The notes under the pieces are model-generated. The model did no database searches, was not told the DNA's origin, and saw nothing but the letters and a program-made list of their open reading frames with translations. This document shows, piece after piece, positions 19,768-29,319 of a stretch of DNA of 64,000 nt. Every line of letters starts with the position of its first letter. The stretch's first letter is position 1. Both the position numbers and the translations under genes were made by a program. The DNA is from Candidatus Moraniibacteriota bacterium (lineage in GTDB: Bacteria; Patescibacteriota; Minisyncoccia; Moranbacterales; UBA2206), in contig DMWY01000018.1 of NCBI GenBank assembly GCA_003483065.1, forward strand, positions 8,160 to 72,159, in the 5' to 3' direction.

Positions 19768-19848
19768 TATACCATACACTTCCTCACCGGCCGGAAACTT
19801 TTTCGGTGGATTTCACAGGGGCCGTGTTTTTTGAGGGCGTCCATGTTT
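19768..19848 (-). repeat. Duplicated copy of the rnhB 3' end (encodes MDALKKHGPCEIHRKSFRPVRKCMV*), directly downstream of fic
   Basis: About 76 of 81 nt are identical to 20831..20911, which is the genuine rnhB C-terminus. Confidence 0.8.
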
Positions 19849-20771
19849 TATTTTCTATTCAAAATATCAAAACCACTAGTCACTGCATCACAGATGAAAT
19901 TTTCCAGTTGAGTGAAATCATTTTTGAGTTGCGCTGCCCGAAGATAGGCATAATATAATCGTTTGTTTTCTTGTTTTATCACGGCTGGAGCAATATTGCT
20001 CTTTAGAAACATTGCCACTAAAATCAATCTTCCAATTCGTCCGTTGCCATCAGAAAATGGATGGATTTGCTCAAATCTGGCGTGAATATCGGAAGCATGA
20101 CTAATTATATCTTTTGGTTTTTTATTTAAATCTACAAAAAGACTTTCCATTAATTTTGTAATCTTGAGATAATTCGCCGTTGGCACATTTGAGCCAACAA
20201 TTCGCACTCCGTGACGACGATAAATTCCAGCATCGTCTCTAATTCCATTCATTAGAATACTATGCAATTTCAAAACCAACGCCTCATCTATTTTTTTTAT
20301 ATTCTCTAATTGTCTAAAAAGATATTTCAAAGCCGTTTGATGATTTTTAACCTCAAATTGTTCCACTAAACTTTTGTCTGGTATTGTTCTGTTATTAAAC
20401 ATAATGTCAGCAGTTTCATCCTCCGACAAAGTTGACCCTTCTATTTTGTTGGAATTATAGGTAAGGGAAAGCATAAATTGATCACGGATGTCTGGATTTT
20501 TCGAAATAGTTCTCAGAATATTTTTATGCCTTGCTGATTCTTTGATAATCAATTCTTTTTTGGCCAATAAAACGGTTCCGGGAATTGTTTTTTGCCCAGT
20601 ATATTCAAGATACATCGCATCGATAGAATCTTGTTGTTTTTTTCTTGGCTTGGATTTTCCATTCCACCAATTATTGAGTGCCACAAAAGAAACGCCTATT
20701 TTAGCCGCCATTTTGGTCTGAGTGAGACCTGATAAATCCTGGATGATTTTTAGCTTATCTTTCGTATTCAT
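19848..20771 (-). CDS. fic: Fic/DOC family protein with N-terminal HTH
   Basis: Fic motif HPFSDGNGRIGRL (HPFx[DE]GNGR). N-terminal HTH (LSGLTQTKMAAKIGVSFVALNNWWNG). Flanked by roughly 80-bp direct repeats. Confidence 0.85.
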   Translation of the reverse strand: MNTKDKLKIIQDLSGLTQTKMAAKIGVSFVALNNWWNGKSKPRKKQQDSIDAMYLEYTGQKTIPGTVLLAKKELIIKESARHKNILRTISKNPDIRDQFMLSLTYNSNKIEGSTLSEDETADIMFNNRTIPDKSLVEQFEVKNHQTALKYLFRQLENIKKIDEALVLKLHSILMNGIRDDAGIYRRHGVRIVGSNVPTANYLKITKLMESLFVDLNKKPKDIISHASDIHARFEQIHPFSDGNGRIGRLILVAMFLKSNIAPAVIKQENKRLYYAYLRAAQLKNDFTQLENFICDAVTSGFDILNRK

Positions 20772-20829
20772 AAAGCTATTATACTAAACTTTATAAAGTT
20801 TGTCAATATTATAAGTTTTTATAAAGTTT

Positions 20830-21513
20830 CTATACCATACACTTCCTCACTGGTCGGAAACTTTTGCGGTGGATTTCGCAGGGGCCGTGTTTTTTGAGAG
20901 CGTCCATATGTATTTTTGTTCCATAGCCTTTATGCTGAGCAAAATTATATTCAGGATAAATTTTGTGCATTTCTTCCATCATGCGGTCACGCGTCACCTT
21001 GGCATAAATCGAAGCGGCGGAAATTGATTTGATCAGTTTATCCCCACTCACAATTGCTCTTTGCTCAAAAGAAAAGTTGGGAATTTTTTTGTTGCCGTCT
21101 AAAAGAATTATTAATTTAGAATTATCAAAATCTTGAATTTTAGTTTTCAATTGTGAAACCGCACTTTTCATCGCGAGAAAAGAAGCTTCCAAGATATTCA
21201 CCCGATCAATCGTCCGATGATCACAAATTCCCACTCCCACATGAAAATTCTCCCCTATAAAATCAAACAGGCTTTCTCTCTGTTTTTCCGAGAGCATTTT
21301 GGAATCGCGGATAAGATTGAATTTTTCCAAATCCTTCTCGCCCTTAGGGAGAGGATGTCGTGTACTCACGACAGGAGAGGGAACACGCAAAGCTACCGCA
21401 CACGCCACAACAGGCCCAGCCAGTGGTCCTCTTCCCACCTCATCAATCCCGATGATAATTTCATATCCTTCGGCGCTTAATTTTTCCTCTAACTCAAATG
21501 TTGACTTTATCAT
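20830..21513 (-). CDS. rnhB: Ribonuclease HII
   Basis: IGIDEVGRGPLAGPVVACAV...DSK RNase HII motifs. Carries the in-frame palindromic insertion at 21333..21381. Confidence 0.9.
   Translation of the reverse strand: MIKSTFELEEKLSAEGYEIIIGIDEVGRGPLAGPVVACAVALRVPSPVVSTRHPLPKGEKDLEKFNLIRDSKMLSEKQRESLFDFIGENFHVGVGICDHRTIDRVNILEASFLAMKSAVSQLKTKIQDFDNSKLIILLDGNKKIPNFSFEQRAIVSGDKLIKSISAASIYAKVTRDRMMEEMHKIYPEYNFAQHKGYGTKIHMDALKKHGPCEIHRKSFRPVRKCMV
21333..21381 (+). repeat. In-frame palindromic insertion element (PIE) copy B, inside rnhB
   Basis: ccttctcgcccttagggagagg atgtcgtgtactcacgacag gagaggg. Inner hairpin gtcgtg/cacgac is compensatory relative to copies C and D. Encodes RVPSPVVSTRHPLPKGE. Confidence 0.75.
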
Positions 21514-21648
21514 AAGATTATTATATCCTTAAATATACTTTTTTAACAGCCTGATTTAACATAATCGGCTTTAAAGAAAGTATATTTTTTATTCTTTTAC
21601 AACATTAAGTGGCAATAATGCCAAAAACTTTTCCTTTAAGGAGAAAAA

Positions 21649-21987
21649 ATGGTGAAAACAGAAAAAAAAGTAGCGGAAGAAAATAGTGGTAAAAAACTTA
21701 TCATTTTCATCTTCACTTTATTGTTTGCAATTGCAATAGTGAAGACAGTTCAATTTTCCTATAATCATTTAACAACAAATAAGGGGGTGGAGTTATATTA
21801 TTTACAAAATAAGGCCGCCCTGATTGAAAATGGAACGTTGGTCTTAAAAAAAATAACCGCCGGATTTAACAAGAAGATAGATGAGATATCAAAAACAAGG
21901 GAAAAGTATCCCGCCGGCGAACCCATTCCAAAAAAAATTGACCTCTGTAAAATAATTGCAGGAAAGGAGGTGATCCATGATCATTGA
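21649..21987 (+). CDS. Hypothetical small membrane protein (first gene of a two-gene module)
   Basis: 112 aa, one TM helix, AGGAG RBS. Stop overlaps the next start (ATGA). Confidence 0.5.
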   Translation: MVKTEKKVAEENSGKKLIIFIFTLLFAIAIVKTVQFSYNHLTTNKGVELYYLQNKAALIENGTLVLKKITAGFNKKIDEISKTREKYPAGEPIPKKIDLCKIIAGKEVIHDH

Positions 21988-22225
21988 TTTAAATAAGGGC
22001 GACGTGGTCAAATTGCCAAACAATATTACGGCGCGCCTATTCAACATCTTTACAATAACACCAAGGGAAGTCTCTTATATTTTGAAAGATGTTGCATCGG
22101 GAAAATTTTATCTAAGAATTTTCCAAAAAACAGACGAGGGCGTCAACCTAGAAGATTGCATAATAAATGTTGTGCCTAGCAAAAAAACACCAGCCTATTT
22201 TGCCATTTATCCATATAAGCGATAA
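21977..22225 (+). CDS. Hypothetical protein (second gene of a two-gene module)
   Basis: 82 aa, AAGGAGG RBS, followed by a strong terminator. Confidence 0.5.
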   Translation: MIIDLNKGDVVKLPNNITARLFNIFTITPREVSYILKDVASGKFYLRIFQKTDEGVNLEDCIINVVPSKKTPAYFAIYPYKR

Positions 22226-22239
22226 TGCACAAGCTCCCT

Positions 22240-22301
22240 CAGACAAATTCACTCAGCTCAACGAGCCGAATTTGTCTGGGGGCTTTTTTATTTCTAAAAA
22301 T
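22240..22301 (+). terminator. Strong rho-independent terminator (nested hairpin)
   Basis: ccctcagacaaattc actcagctcaacgagccg aatttgtctggggg followed by cttttttatttc. Confidence 0.75.
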
Positions 22302-22467
22302 TATGTTATACTCAAAACAAGAATAACTTCCCCTGCAAAACCCAAGGGTCATCCCGGGCTATGAGGAGAACAAAATCATATGAAAATAATTACACTATTT
22401 TTTAAAGTCTGGGCTAGCAATTAAATTTGACTAGTCTTTTATTTCGCTCAAATTTTATAACTTTTAA

Positions 22468-22557
22468 TTTTGTAATTTTTAAATAATACTTTAATTTCTA
22501 ATGTTTAAAAATTTAAGAATTAAGATTTATTTATAAAATTAAAAATTCAAAAATTAA
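22468..22557 (+). repeat. AT-rich roughly 95-bp repeat, copy A (immediately upstream of dnaE)
   Basis: aattttgtaatttttaaataat...ttctaatgttt aaaaat ttaagaa ttaagatttattta aaaattaa aatt. Near-identical to 61281..61377. Confidence 0.7.
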
Positions 22558-22566
22558 AAATTGCTT

Positions 22567-25500
22567 ATGCCAAAGTTCACTCACCTCCACGTCCACACTC
22601 ACTATAGTTTACTCGACGGTCTAGCTAAAGTCGATGAGATTCTTGATCGTGCCAAAGAACTTGGGATGGACTCTCTTGCCATTACTGATCACGGCGTACT
22701 TTACGGCGCCATTGAGTTTTATATCAAAGCCAAAGAACGCGGGATAAAACCCATCATCGGTTGTGAGATGTATCTGACATCTGGAGATTATTTGAGCAAA
22801 AATAACACCCGAGAAGACAAAACTCGCTATCACTTGATTTTGCTCGCCAAAAATGAAATCGGCTACAAAAATCTGATGAAACTAATTTCCGTGGCACACT
22901 TGGAAGGTTTCTATTATAAACCGCGAATCAACAAAGCACTTTTGCGAAAATATAGCGAGGGACTAATCGGACTATCCGCTTGCGCGCAAGGAGAAATTCC
23001 AGAAACCGTTATAAACGGAAAAATTGAAGATGCTGAGAAGCTAGCCCTGGAATATCAAGAAATTTTTGGCAAAGGTAATTTCTATTTGGAAATTCAACAT
23101 CATCCAAAAATGACTAACCAAAAAATTGCCAACGATGCGTTGATTGGAATTTCCAAAAAATTCGACATCCCTCTGGTCGCCACTAACGATATCCATTATA
23201 TAAACAAAGAAGACAACGTAATTCAAGATATTTTGCTCTGTATTCAGACTAACCGCAAAGTTACGGAAACTAATCGGATGAATTTTATGGATTTTGAGCT
23301 TTATCTCAAAAGCCCCGAGGAAATGGCTGAGCATTTCAAGGAAGTTCCGAAGGCACTATCAAACACTCAAGAAATTGTGGACAAATGCAATTTAGAAATA
23401 ACTCTCGGCGAAACTCAACTCCCTCATTTTGATGTGCCCGAAGGATATACGGCCGAAACATATCTTTTGAAAATTACCCAAGACGGTCTCAAAAAAAGAT
23501 TTGGTGAAAACATAACCGAAGAACATCGGCATAGAATGGATTACGAATTAGATATAATTCAAAAAACTGGTTTTGCATCATACTTTCTTATCGTGCAAGA
23601 TTTTGTAAACTGGGCCAAAGAGCAAGGCATCGTGGTGGGTCCAGGACGTGGCAGTGCGGCGGGAAGTTTTGTGTCCTATCTTATCGGCATCACTAACATC
23701 GATCCGATAAAATATGATTTACTGTTTGAAAGATTTTTGAACCCCGAGAGAATCTCCATGCCCGATGTGGATATGGACTTTGCTGACGACCGTCGAGATG
23801 AAGTTTTGGAATATGTCAGGCAAAAATATGGCAACGATCATGTAGCTCAAATTATCACTTTCGGAACTATGGCTGCGCGCGCGGCCATTCGAGACGCCGG
23901 ACGAGCTCTCGGACTCCCCTATGATTTTTGCGACAAAACTGCCAAAATGATTCCGATGTTTTCCACAATTTCTGATGCTCTGGAGTCAGTGAAAGAATTT
24001 AGTGATTTGCACAAAAATGATGAGGGTGGAAAAAAATTAATTGATAGCGCCTCACGCTTGGAAGGCGTCGTGCGTCATGCTTCGATGCATGCTTGTGGAG
24101 TGGTTATTACTAAAGAACCCGTGACAGAATATACCCCTTTGCAAAAAATCACTGGCAAGGGTGATGGCACCGTGACGCAATATTCCTCTTCAACTAAATA
24201 TAGTTTTGTAGAAAAAATTGGCCTCCTTAAGATGGATTTTCTGGGGCTAAAAAATCTCACCATTATCCAAAATGCTTTGAAAATTGTGAAAAAAACTTAT
24301 GGCCAAGATATTGATATCAACGACATTCCGCTAGAAGATGAAAAAACTTTCAAACTTTTGCAAGAAGCCAGAACTACGGGAGTGTTTCAATTGGAAAGTT
24401 CCGGCATGAAAAGATATTTGAAACTTTTAAAACCAAATGTTTTGGAAGACATCATTGCTATGGTGGCGCTCTACCGCCCCGGACCAATGGACTGGATTCC
24501 GGACTTCATTTCCAGAAAACATGGTGAGAAAGAAATCAAATATCTGCACCCTAATTTGAAACCAATCTTGGAAAAAACTTATGGCGTAGCGGTCTATCAA
24601 GAACAAGTTATGCAGATTGCTCAAGCTTTGGCTGGTTTCACGCTTGGTGAAGCGGATGTGCTTCGAAAAGCCATGGGCAAAAAAATCTTTGCGCTTATTC
24701 AGGAACAAAAACATAAATTCATTGAAGGCTGTATGAAGCAAGGCATCGCCGGCACGGTGGGCGAAAAAGTTTTTGCCTATATTGAACCTTTTGCGGGGTA
24801 CGGATTTAACAGAAGTCACGCCGCTTGCTATGCCTTGGTTGGATACCAAACAGCCTACCTCAAAGCACATTTTCCAGCCGAATTTATGGCGGCCCTGCTC
24901 ACTTCTGATCAAGACAACATCGATCGCGTGGCGATTGAAATTGCTGAATGTCGAGAAATGGGTATTGAGGTTTTACCACCTAATGTCAATGAAAGTTTTG
25001 AGCAATTTGCGGTTATAACAGACGCAGAAAATAATACTAAAAAAATTCGCTTTGGACTAAACGCCGTTAAAAATGTTGGCCACACTATTGCCCATGAAAT
25101 TGTGGAAGAAAGAAAAAGGAATGGAAAATTTTTGAGTCTTAATGATTTCATAGAAAGAGTGCGCCACAAAGATCTCAACAAAAAATCCATTGAGGCTCTT
25201 TCCAAAGTTGGCGCGTTAGAAGAATTTTCCGAAAGAAATTCCATCATCGCTTCCATTGAAAATATCTTGGCGCATTCTAAAAATATTGAGAAGCTCAAAA
25301 ATTCCAATCAGACCAGTCTTTTTGGAGACGCTGACATCAAATTACCACCGATAAAATTAGAAGTCTCGATAGAAGCTTCTAAAAAAGAGAAGCTAACTTG
25401 GGAAAAAGAACTTCTCGGACTTTATATTAGCGATCATCCCGTCAAAGACTATCAGGAATATTTTGAAAAAATGGCCTTGCCAATTCGAAACATTGGCGCA

Positions 25501-26118
25501 GAGTCAGTTGGGCAAATGGTGTCGGTGGGTGGGATAATTTCCAAGATAAAAAAGATTTTTCTCAAAAATCAAAAAACAATGATGTTTGTCACGCTGGAAG
25601 ATATGAATTCCACCATGGAAATTCTGGTTTTTCCAAAAGTTTTGGAAGCAACCGGATCGATCTGGCAAGAGGAAAAAATAATTTTGGCGAGTGGAAAAAT
25701 TTCTGACAAAGATGGTAGTTTCAAATTACTCTGCGACACAGTCAAGGTCGTCAACGAAAATGAATTGGAAAATTTCAAAAGAATTCTACACACCCAAAGA
25801 AACAACGGCGGTGAGCCTACAAAAAAATCCCTTCCCAATCCTCCTCTCCCCTCGGGAGAGGATGTCGCGTACTCGCGACAGGAGAGGGAGAATCTTAGTA
25901 AGTCTTCCAAACTCATCATCACCCTCCCACCAAATTTCGACAAAGCCATCCTCAAAAATCTTTCTTCCCTGTTTGATCGTTGCGAACTAGGCGCTATGAA
26001 AGTATACTTATCTATCAACAACTCAAAACTTGAAACACCCTATTGCATCCAAAATACCGCGGAACTCGAAAAAGCCTTGAAGATAATTGTGCCAGAAGGG
26101 AAAGTGGAGATTTGGTAG
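22567..26118 (+). CDS. dnaE: DNA polymerase III alpha subunit
   Basis: PHP domain N-terminus ([13 protein letters not shown]), polymerase core ([27 protein letters not shown]), OB fold. Carries the in-frame palindromic insertion at 25840..25888. Confidence 0.95.
   Translation: [1183 protein letters not shown]
25840..25888 (+). repeat. In-frame palindromic insertion element (PIE) copy C, inside dnaE
   Basis: cctcctctcccctcgggagagg atgtcgcgtactcgcgacag gagaggg. Encodes [17 protein letters not shown] near the DnaE C-terminus. Confidence 0.8.
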
Positions 26119-26125
26119 AAATAAA

Positions 26126-26153
26126 AAGCGCCGTTGATTTTATCAACGACGCT
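26126..26153 (+). terminator. dnaE terminator hairpin
   Basis: agcgccgttgat ttt atcaacgacgct. Confidence 0.5.
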
Positions 26154-26155
26154 TG

Positions 26156-26594
26156 AACTTACGAAAGCCTTCAGCATCTTTTGCAGATTATTGCCACGGT
26201 CTTTTTTTGACGAACCTAGTCGAATTCCGTCGACACGGGTAAAGCATGACTTTATGCCAGTCACAGGCTCTTTTAGGTCAGATCGATTGCAATACAATCC
26301 TGCAGAATCAACTAATTAAACTGTGGTGCTATTCCTAATGACCACATATCAAATTTAATTCCTTCTAGTGCTGGTCGCACGTAGGCGCCAGATATAGGGT
26401 GGCAATTCATAATCTTAAATGCTTGAGAATAAATTTTAACTCAACGCATAAGACTATGTCCAATCCTATCATAGAATTAAACTCTTTATGTTTCATTAGA
26501 GCGGCACTCGCCCTCTATGATGAGACGAGCTACTTTAACCACAGACAACTAATTGCCTTGCAAGAAGGCTCACTGCATTTATTTCTTTCGTAAG
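26156..26594. repeat. GC-richer roughly 440-bp segment bounded by perfect inverted termini cttacgaaag / ctttcgtaag, candidate MITE or structured ncRNA
   Basis: Ends pair over 430 nt. Internal palindromes (gtcgaattccgtcgac). No credible ORF. Base composition departs from flanking DNA. The termini share CCTTACGAA with the 15963..16076 element. Confidence 0.45.
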
Positions 26595-26722
26595 GTACTA
26601 CTTTTTAGTTTACTTGGCATTATAGCATACTAATAAATTTTGTCAAGACAAACATTCCGTTATACTATAAATTTCCTTATATAAGCCATTTTTAGCCTAC
26701 TTCAATTTTTCAACTAAAATTT

Positions 26723-27277
26723 TTAGCCTATTTTCCTCACTTCTCCTCTTATCTTTTTATACTCCGGTACCATTTTTACCACGAGATTCCAAAAATCCCT
26801 GGAATGATTGAATTCGCCAAGGTGGCAGAGTTCATGGACGATTATGTAGTCGCAAAGTTTTTCGGAAAGATAGATTATCCGATAGCTGAAATTTAGGTTT
26901 CCCGATCTGGAACAACTCCCCCAGCGAGTCTTTTGATTGCGAATAGAAACTCGACCATATGAAAAACCATAGAACTCATTGAAATATTTCAATTTCTTTT
27001 CAGCGATTTCTCGCGCCAGCTTTTTATATTTCAAATAATCTTTTCTCGTTGCCGGTGGCAAAGCCGATTCCTTATTTTGGAAATGTTTTATCTTCCCAAG
27101 AATCCAATCCGCCTTTTCTCTCACAAACCTCATCGCAATTTCCTCACTGAGTCGCCACGGCACACTTACCACCAAAGTCGCATCATTTCTGATTGTGAGT
27201 CGCATGCACTTTGAACGTCGACTTTTTTTGAAAGTATATGAGATTCTTTCTTGATTTAATATTATTTCTTTTTGCAT
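26723..27277 (-). CDS. YgjP-like metal-dependent hydrolase (DUF45 / WLM-like HExxH)
   Basis: C-terminal IIVHELCHLGEFNHSRDFW zinc-metallohydrolase motif. Confidence 0.7.
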   Translation of the reverse strand: MQKEIILNQERISYTFKKSRRSKCMRLTIRNDATLVVSVPWRLSEEIAMRFVREKADWILGKIKHFQNKESALPPATRKDYLKYKKLAREIAEKKLKYFNEFYGFSYGRVSIRNQKTRWGSCSRSGNLNFSYRIIYLSEKLCDYIIVHELCHLGEFNHSRDFWNLVVKMVPEYKKIRGEVRKIG

Positions 27278-27376
27278 AAGGCTACAAAATTACAAAATTT
27301 TACAAAAATACAAATATACAAAAAATTACACTCAGATAAATTAATTATAGCAGGTATCTTGTATTTTGTATTTAAA

Positions 27377-27590
27377 CCCACCCTATAAAATAAAGAAAAA
27401 TAAATTGAGATTTTAGCGCGTTAAGAATTTACTCATCAGCGATTGACGGGGGCTTAGTAAATTTAGCGAAAAAATCGAAAATTTATTTCTTTATTTTATT
27501 TGGGTGGCCGCTTTCTTTTGTTACTTTTCTTTGAGGCAAAGAAAAGTAAGTGGAGAACTTTTTTTGGCTCGAGAGAAAAAGTACGAAGAA
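27377..27590 (+). repeat. Structured intergenic repeat family R200, copy 2
   Basis: cccaccctataaaataaagaaaaataaatt...aatttatttctttattttatttgggtgg form roughly 28-bp arms around the conserved core gcgttaagaatttactcat / ttagtaaatttagcgaaaaaatcgaaaattt. A second hairpin follows (ttacttttctttgaggcaaagaaaagtaa). Confidence 0.75.
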
Positions 27591-27646
27591 CCATAAAAAA
27601 AGATTCCGATTGCTCGGAATCTTTTTGAAATTCTACTTGAGTCAGA

Positions 27647-27928
27647 TTATAATACAGCTTCCTTAACAGCTTTTGCTAATCTAAACTTTGCTACAGTCTT
27701 AGCAGCAATGTTGATTTTTTCTCCTGTAGCTGGATTGATTCCAACTCGAGCTTTTCTGTGCATCTTTACCAATTTTCCAAATCCAGGAAGAACAAATTCT
27801 CCGTTCTTCTTTACTTCGCTGTAGGCCATTTCAGTAAGTGTGTCCATAAAGGCCACTACTTCCTTTTTCGCAAGACCTGTTTTTTCTGCCAACGCGCTCA
27901 TGATTTGAGCTTTTGTCATTTTTGCCAT
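27647..27928 (-). CDS. hup: DNA-binding protein HU
   Basis: 93 aa. GFGKLVKMHRKARVGINPATGEKINIAAK matches the HU beta-arm signature. Confidence 0.9.
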   Translation of the reverse strand: MAKMTKAQIMSALAEKTGLAKKEVVAFMDTLTEMAYSEVKKNGEFVLPGFGKLVKMHRKARVGINPATGEKINIAAKTVAKFRLAKAVKEAVL

Positions 27929-28107
27929 CGCTTTTTTTGCTTCATTCTTTTTTGTGAGAAAAGAATGAAACTTAATTAATTATTATTTATATCCCCTAAT
28001 TACCCTTGTATTATAAGGCTTTTTGAAAAGTCGCGCAATAGGCACTTTCCGCCAAGCTAAATTTACGCTATAATAAGATTATTAAACAAACTAAAATTTC
28101 AAAAAAT

Positions 28108-29175
28108 ATGAAACATAATTTAAACTCGACATACCTTCTAATTCTCATTGTTTTGGCTGGAATATGCGCTTATTTGGTCTTTAAGCCCTTTTTAGTGGCA
28201 CTTTTTTTGGCCTTTATCCTTTCCCAACTTTTCAAAAAATGGTACGAAAAAATCAATCAAAAATTTGGTGGTCGATCTTCCTTGGCCTCTCTTGCACTTT
28301 GTATTATTTTATTTTTCATTTTAGTTATTCCATTCTTTCTCACTGCCAGCTTAATTGCCAAAGAAGCCACCGATCTCTACCAAGATATTCAAAAAACTGA
28401 TTGGCAAGCTCAGCTTCAATCTTTTTCCACTTCACCAATTCTCAAAAGTGTTGGAATGAATTTTCCAGTAATAGACTTGCAAAATATTACGGCTCAAGAT
28501 TCGGAAGGGATAACCGGTAATCTTCAGAGTGTTGGGAATTTCATTTTTTCCGCGGTGAAAAAAACCTACCAAGGCGTAACTCATTTTGTTTTTATAACTT
28601 TTGTGGTTTTCTTTTCTCTCTATTATCTTTTCAAAGATGGCGATGCGATTATAAAAAAAATAATGGCACTTAGCCCGCTCAAAGATTCACAGGAGAGCCA
28701 GCTTTTGAAAAATTTCATTTCAGTTTCCAAGGCTACGCTAAAAGGTTCGCTTGTTATCGCCATTATCCAAGGAGCCTTGATGACTATTCTCTTTTTATTC
28801 ACAGGCGTGCCCTCACCTGTTATTTGGGGAGTAATCACTGTGCTATTCTCTCTTATTCCAATGGTTGGCGCCGGCCTAGTTTGGCTTCCAGCAGGAATCA
28901 TTATGCTTCTCCTAGGAAATATTTGGCAAGGATTAACGATACTTATTTTTGGAGCCTTGGTTGTGAGCACTATTGATAATTTCCTTCGCCCGAAACTTGT
29001 AGGGAAAGAAACTAGCCTTCACCCAATTCTCGTTTTTCTTTCCACTATCGGCGGTATCGCACTTTTTGGTCTAGTCGGCATCCTTCTTGGACCAGTCATT
29101 ATAGTTCTTTTCATTTCTCTTCTTGATATTTATCAAATTGAATTCAAAGATGAGTTGGAAAAAATGAATCAATAG
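28108..29175 (+). CDS. AI-2E family transporter (UPF0118/PerM-like)
   Basis: 355 aa with 7-8 TM segments. N-terminal pattern ALFLAFILSQLFKKWYEKI and C-terminal GPVIIVLFISLLD are typical of the family. Confidence 0.6.
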   Translation: MKHNLNSTYLLILIVLAGICAYLVFKPFLVALFLAFILSQLFKKWYEKINQKFGGRSSLASLALCIILFFILVIPFFLTASLIAKEATDLYQDIQKTDWQAQLQSFSTSPILKSVGMNFPVIDLQNITAQDSEGITGNLQSVGNFIFSAVKKTYQGVTHFVFITFVVFFSLYYLFKDGDAIIKKIMALSPLKDSQESQLLKNFISVSKATLKGSLVIAIIQGALMTILFLFTGVPSPVIWGVITVLFSLIPMVGAGLVWLPAGIIMLLLGNIWQGLTILIFGALVVSTIDNFLRPKLVGKETSLHPILVFLSTIGGIALFGLVGILLGPVIIVLFISLLDIYQIEFKDELEKMNQ

Positions 29176-29230
29176 AAATATTTTTGCAAGTTAAAAACCA
29201 CAGCACTAGGCCGTGGTTTTTTATAATATT

Positions 29231-29315
29231 TGTCATCCTGAACTTGCCGTGCCTCGCCGGCAGGCGGGTTTCAGGATCTATTTTTTTAAGATGCTGAAAT
29301 AAATTCAGCATGACA
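29231..29315. repeat. MITE-like palindromic element, TGTCAT...ATGACA family 2, copy 2
   Basis: tgtcatcctgaacttg ccgtgcctcgccggcaggcggg tttcaggatct...gctgaaataaattcagcatgaca. Same outer sequence as copy 1. The GC-rich mini-palindrome sits in the first hairpin loop, not the second. Confidence 0.7.
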
Positions 29316-29319
29316 TCTT

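Noticed and set aside
26156-26594. RNase P RNA, tmRNA, SRP RNA or 6S RNA identity for the GC-rich terminally paired segment
   Set aside because: I could not find the P4 signatures (AGGAAAGUCC / ACAGAA..GGCUUA), a tRNA-like GGUUCGAnUCC T-arm with a tag ORF, or the SRP domain IV GGAAGGAAGCAGC motif on either strand. It is kept only as an unclassified structured segment or MITE.
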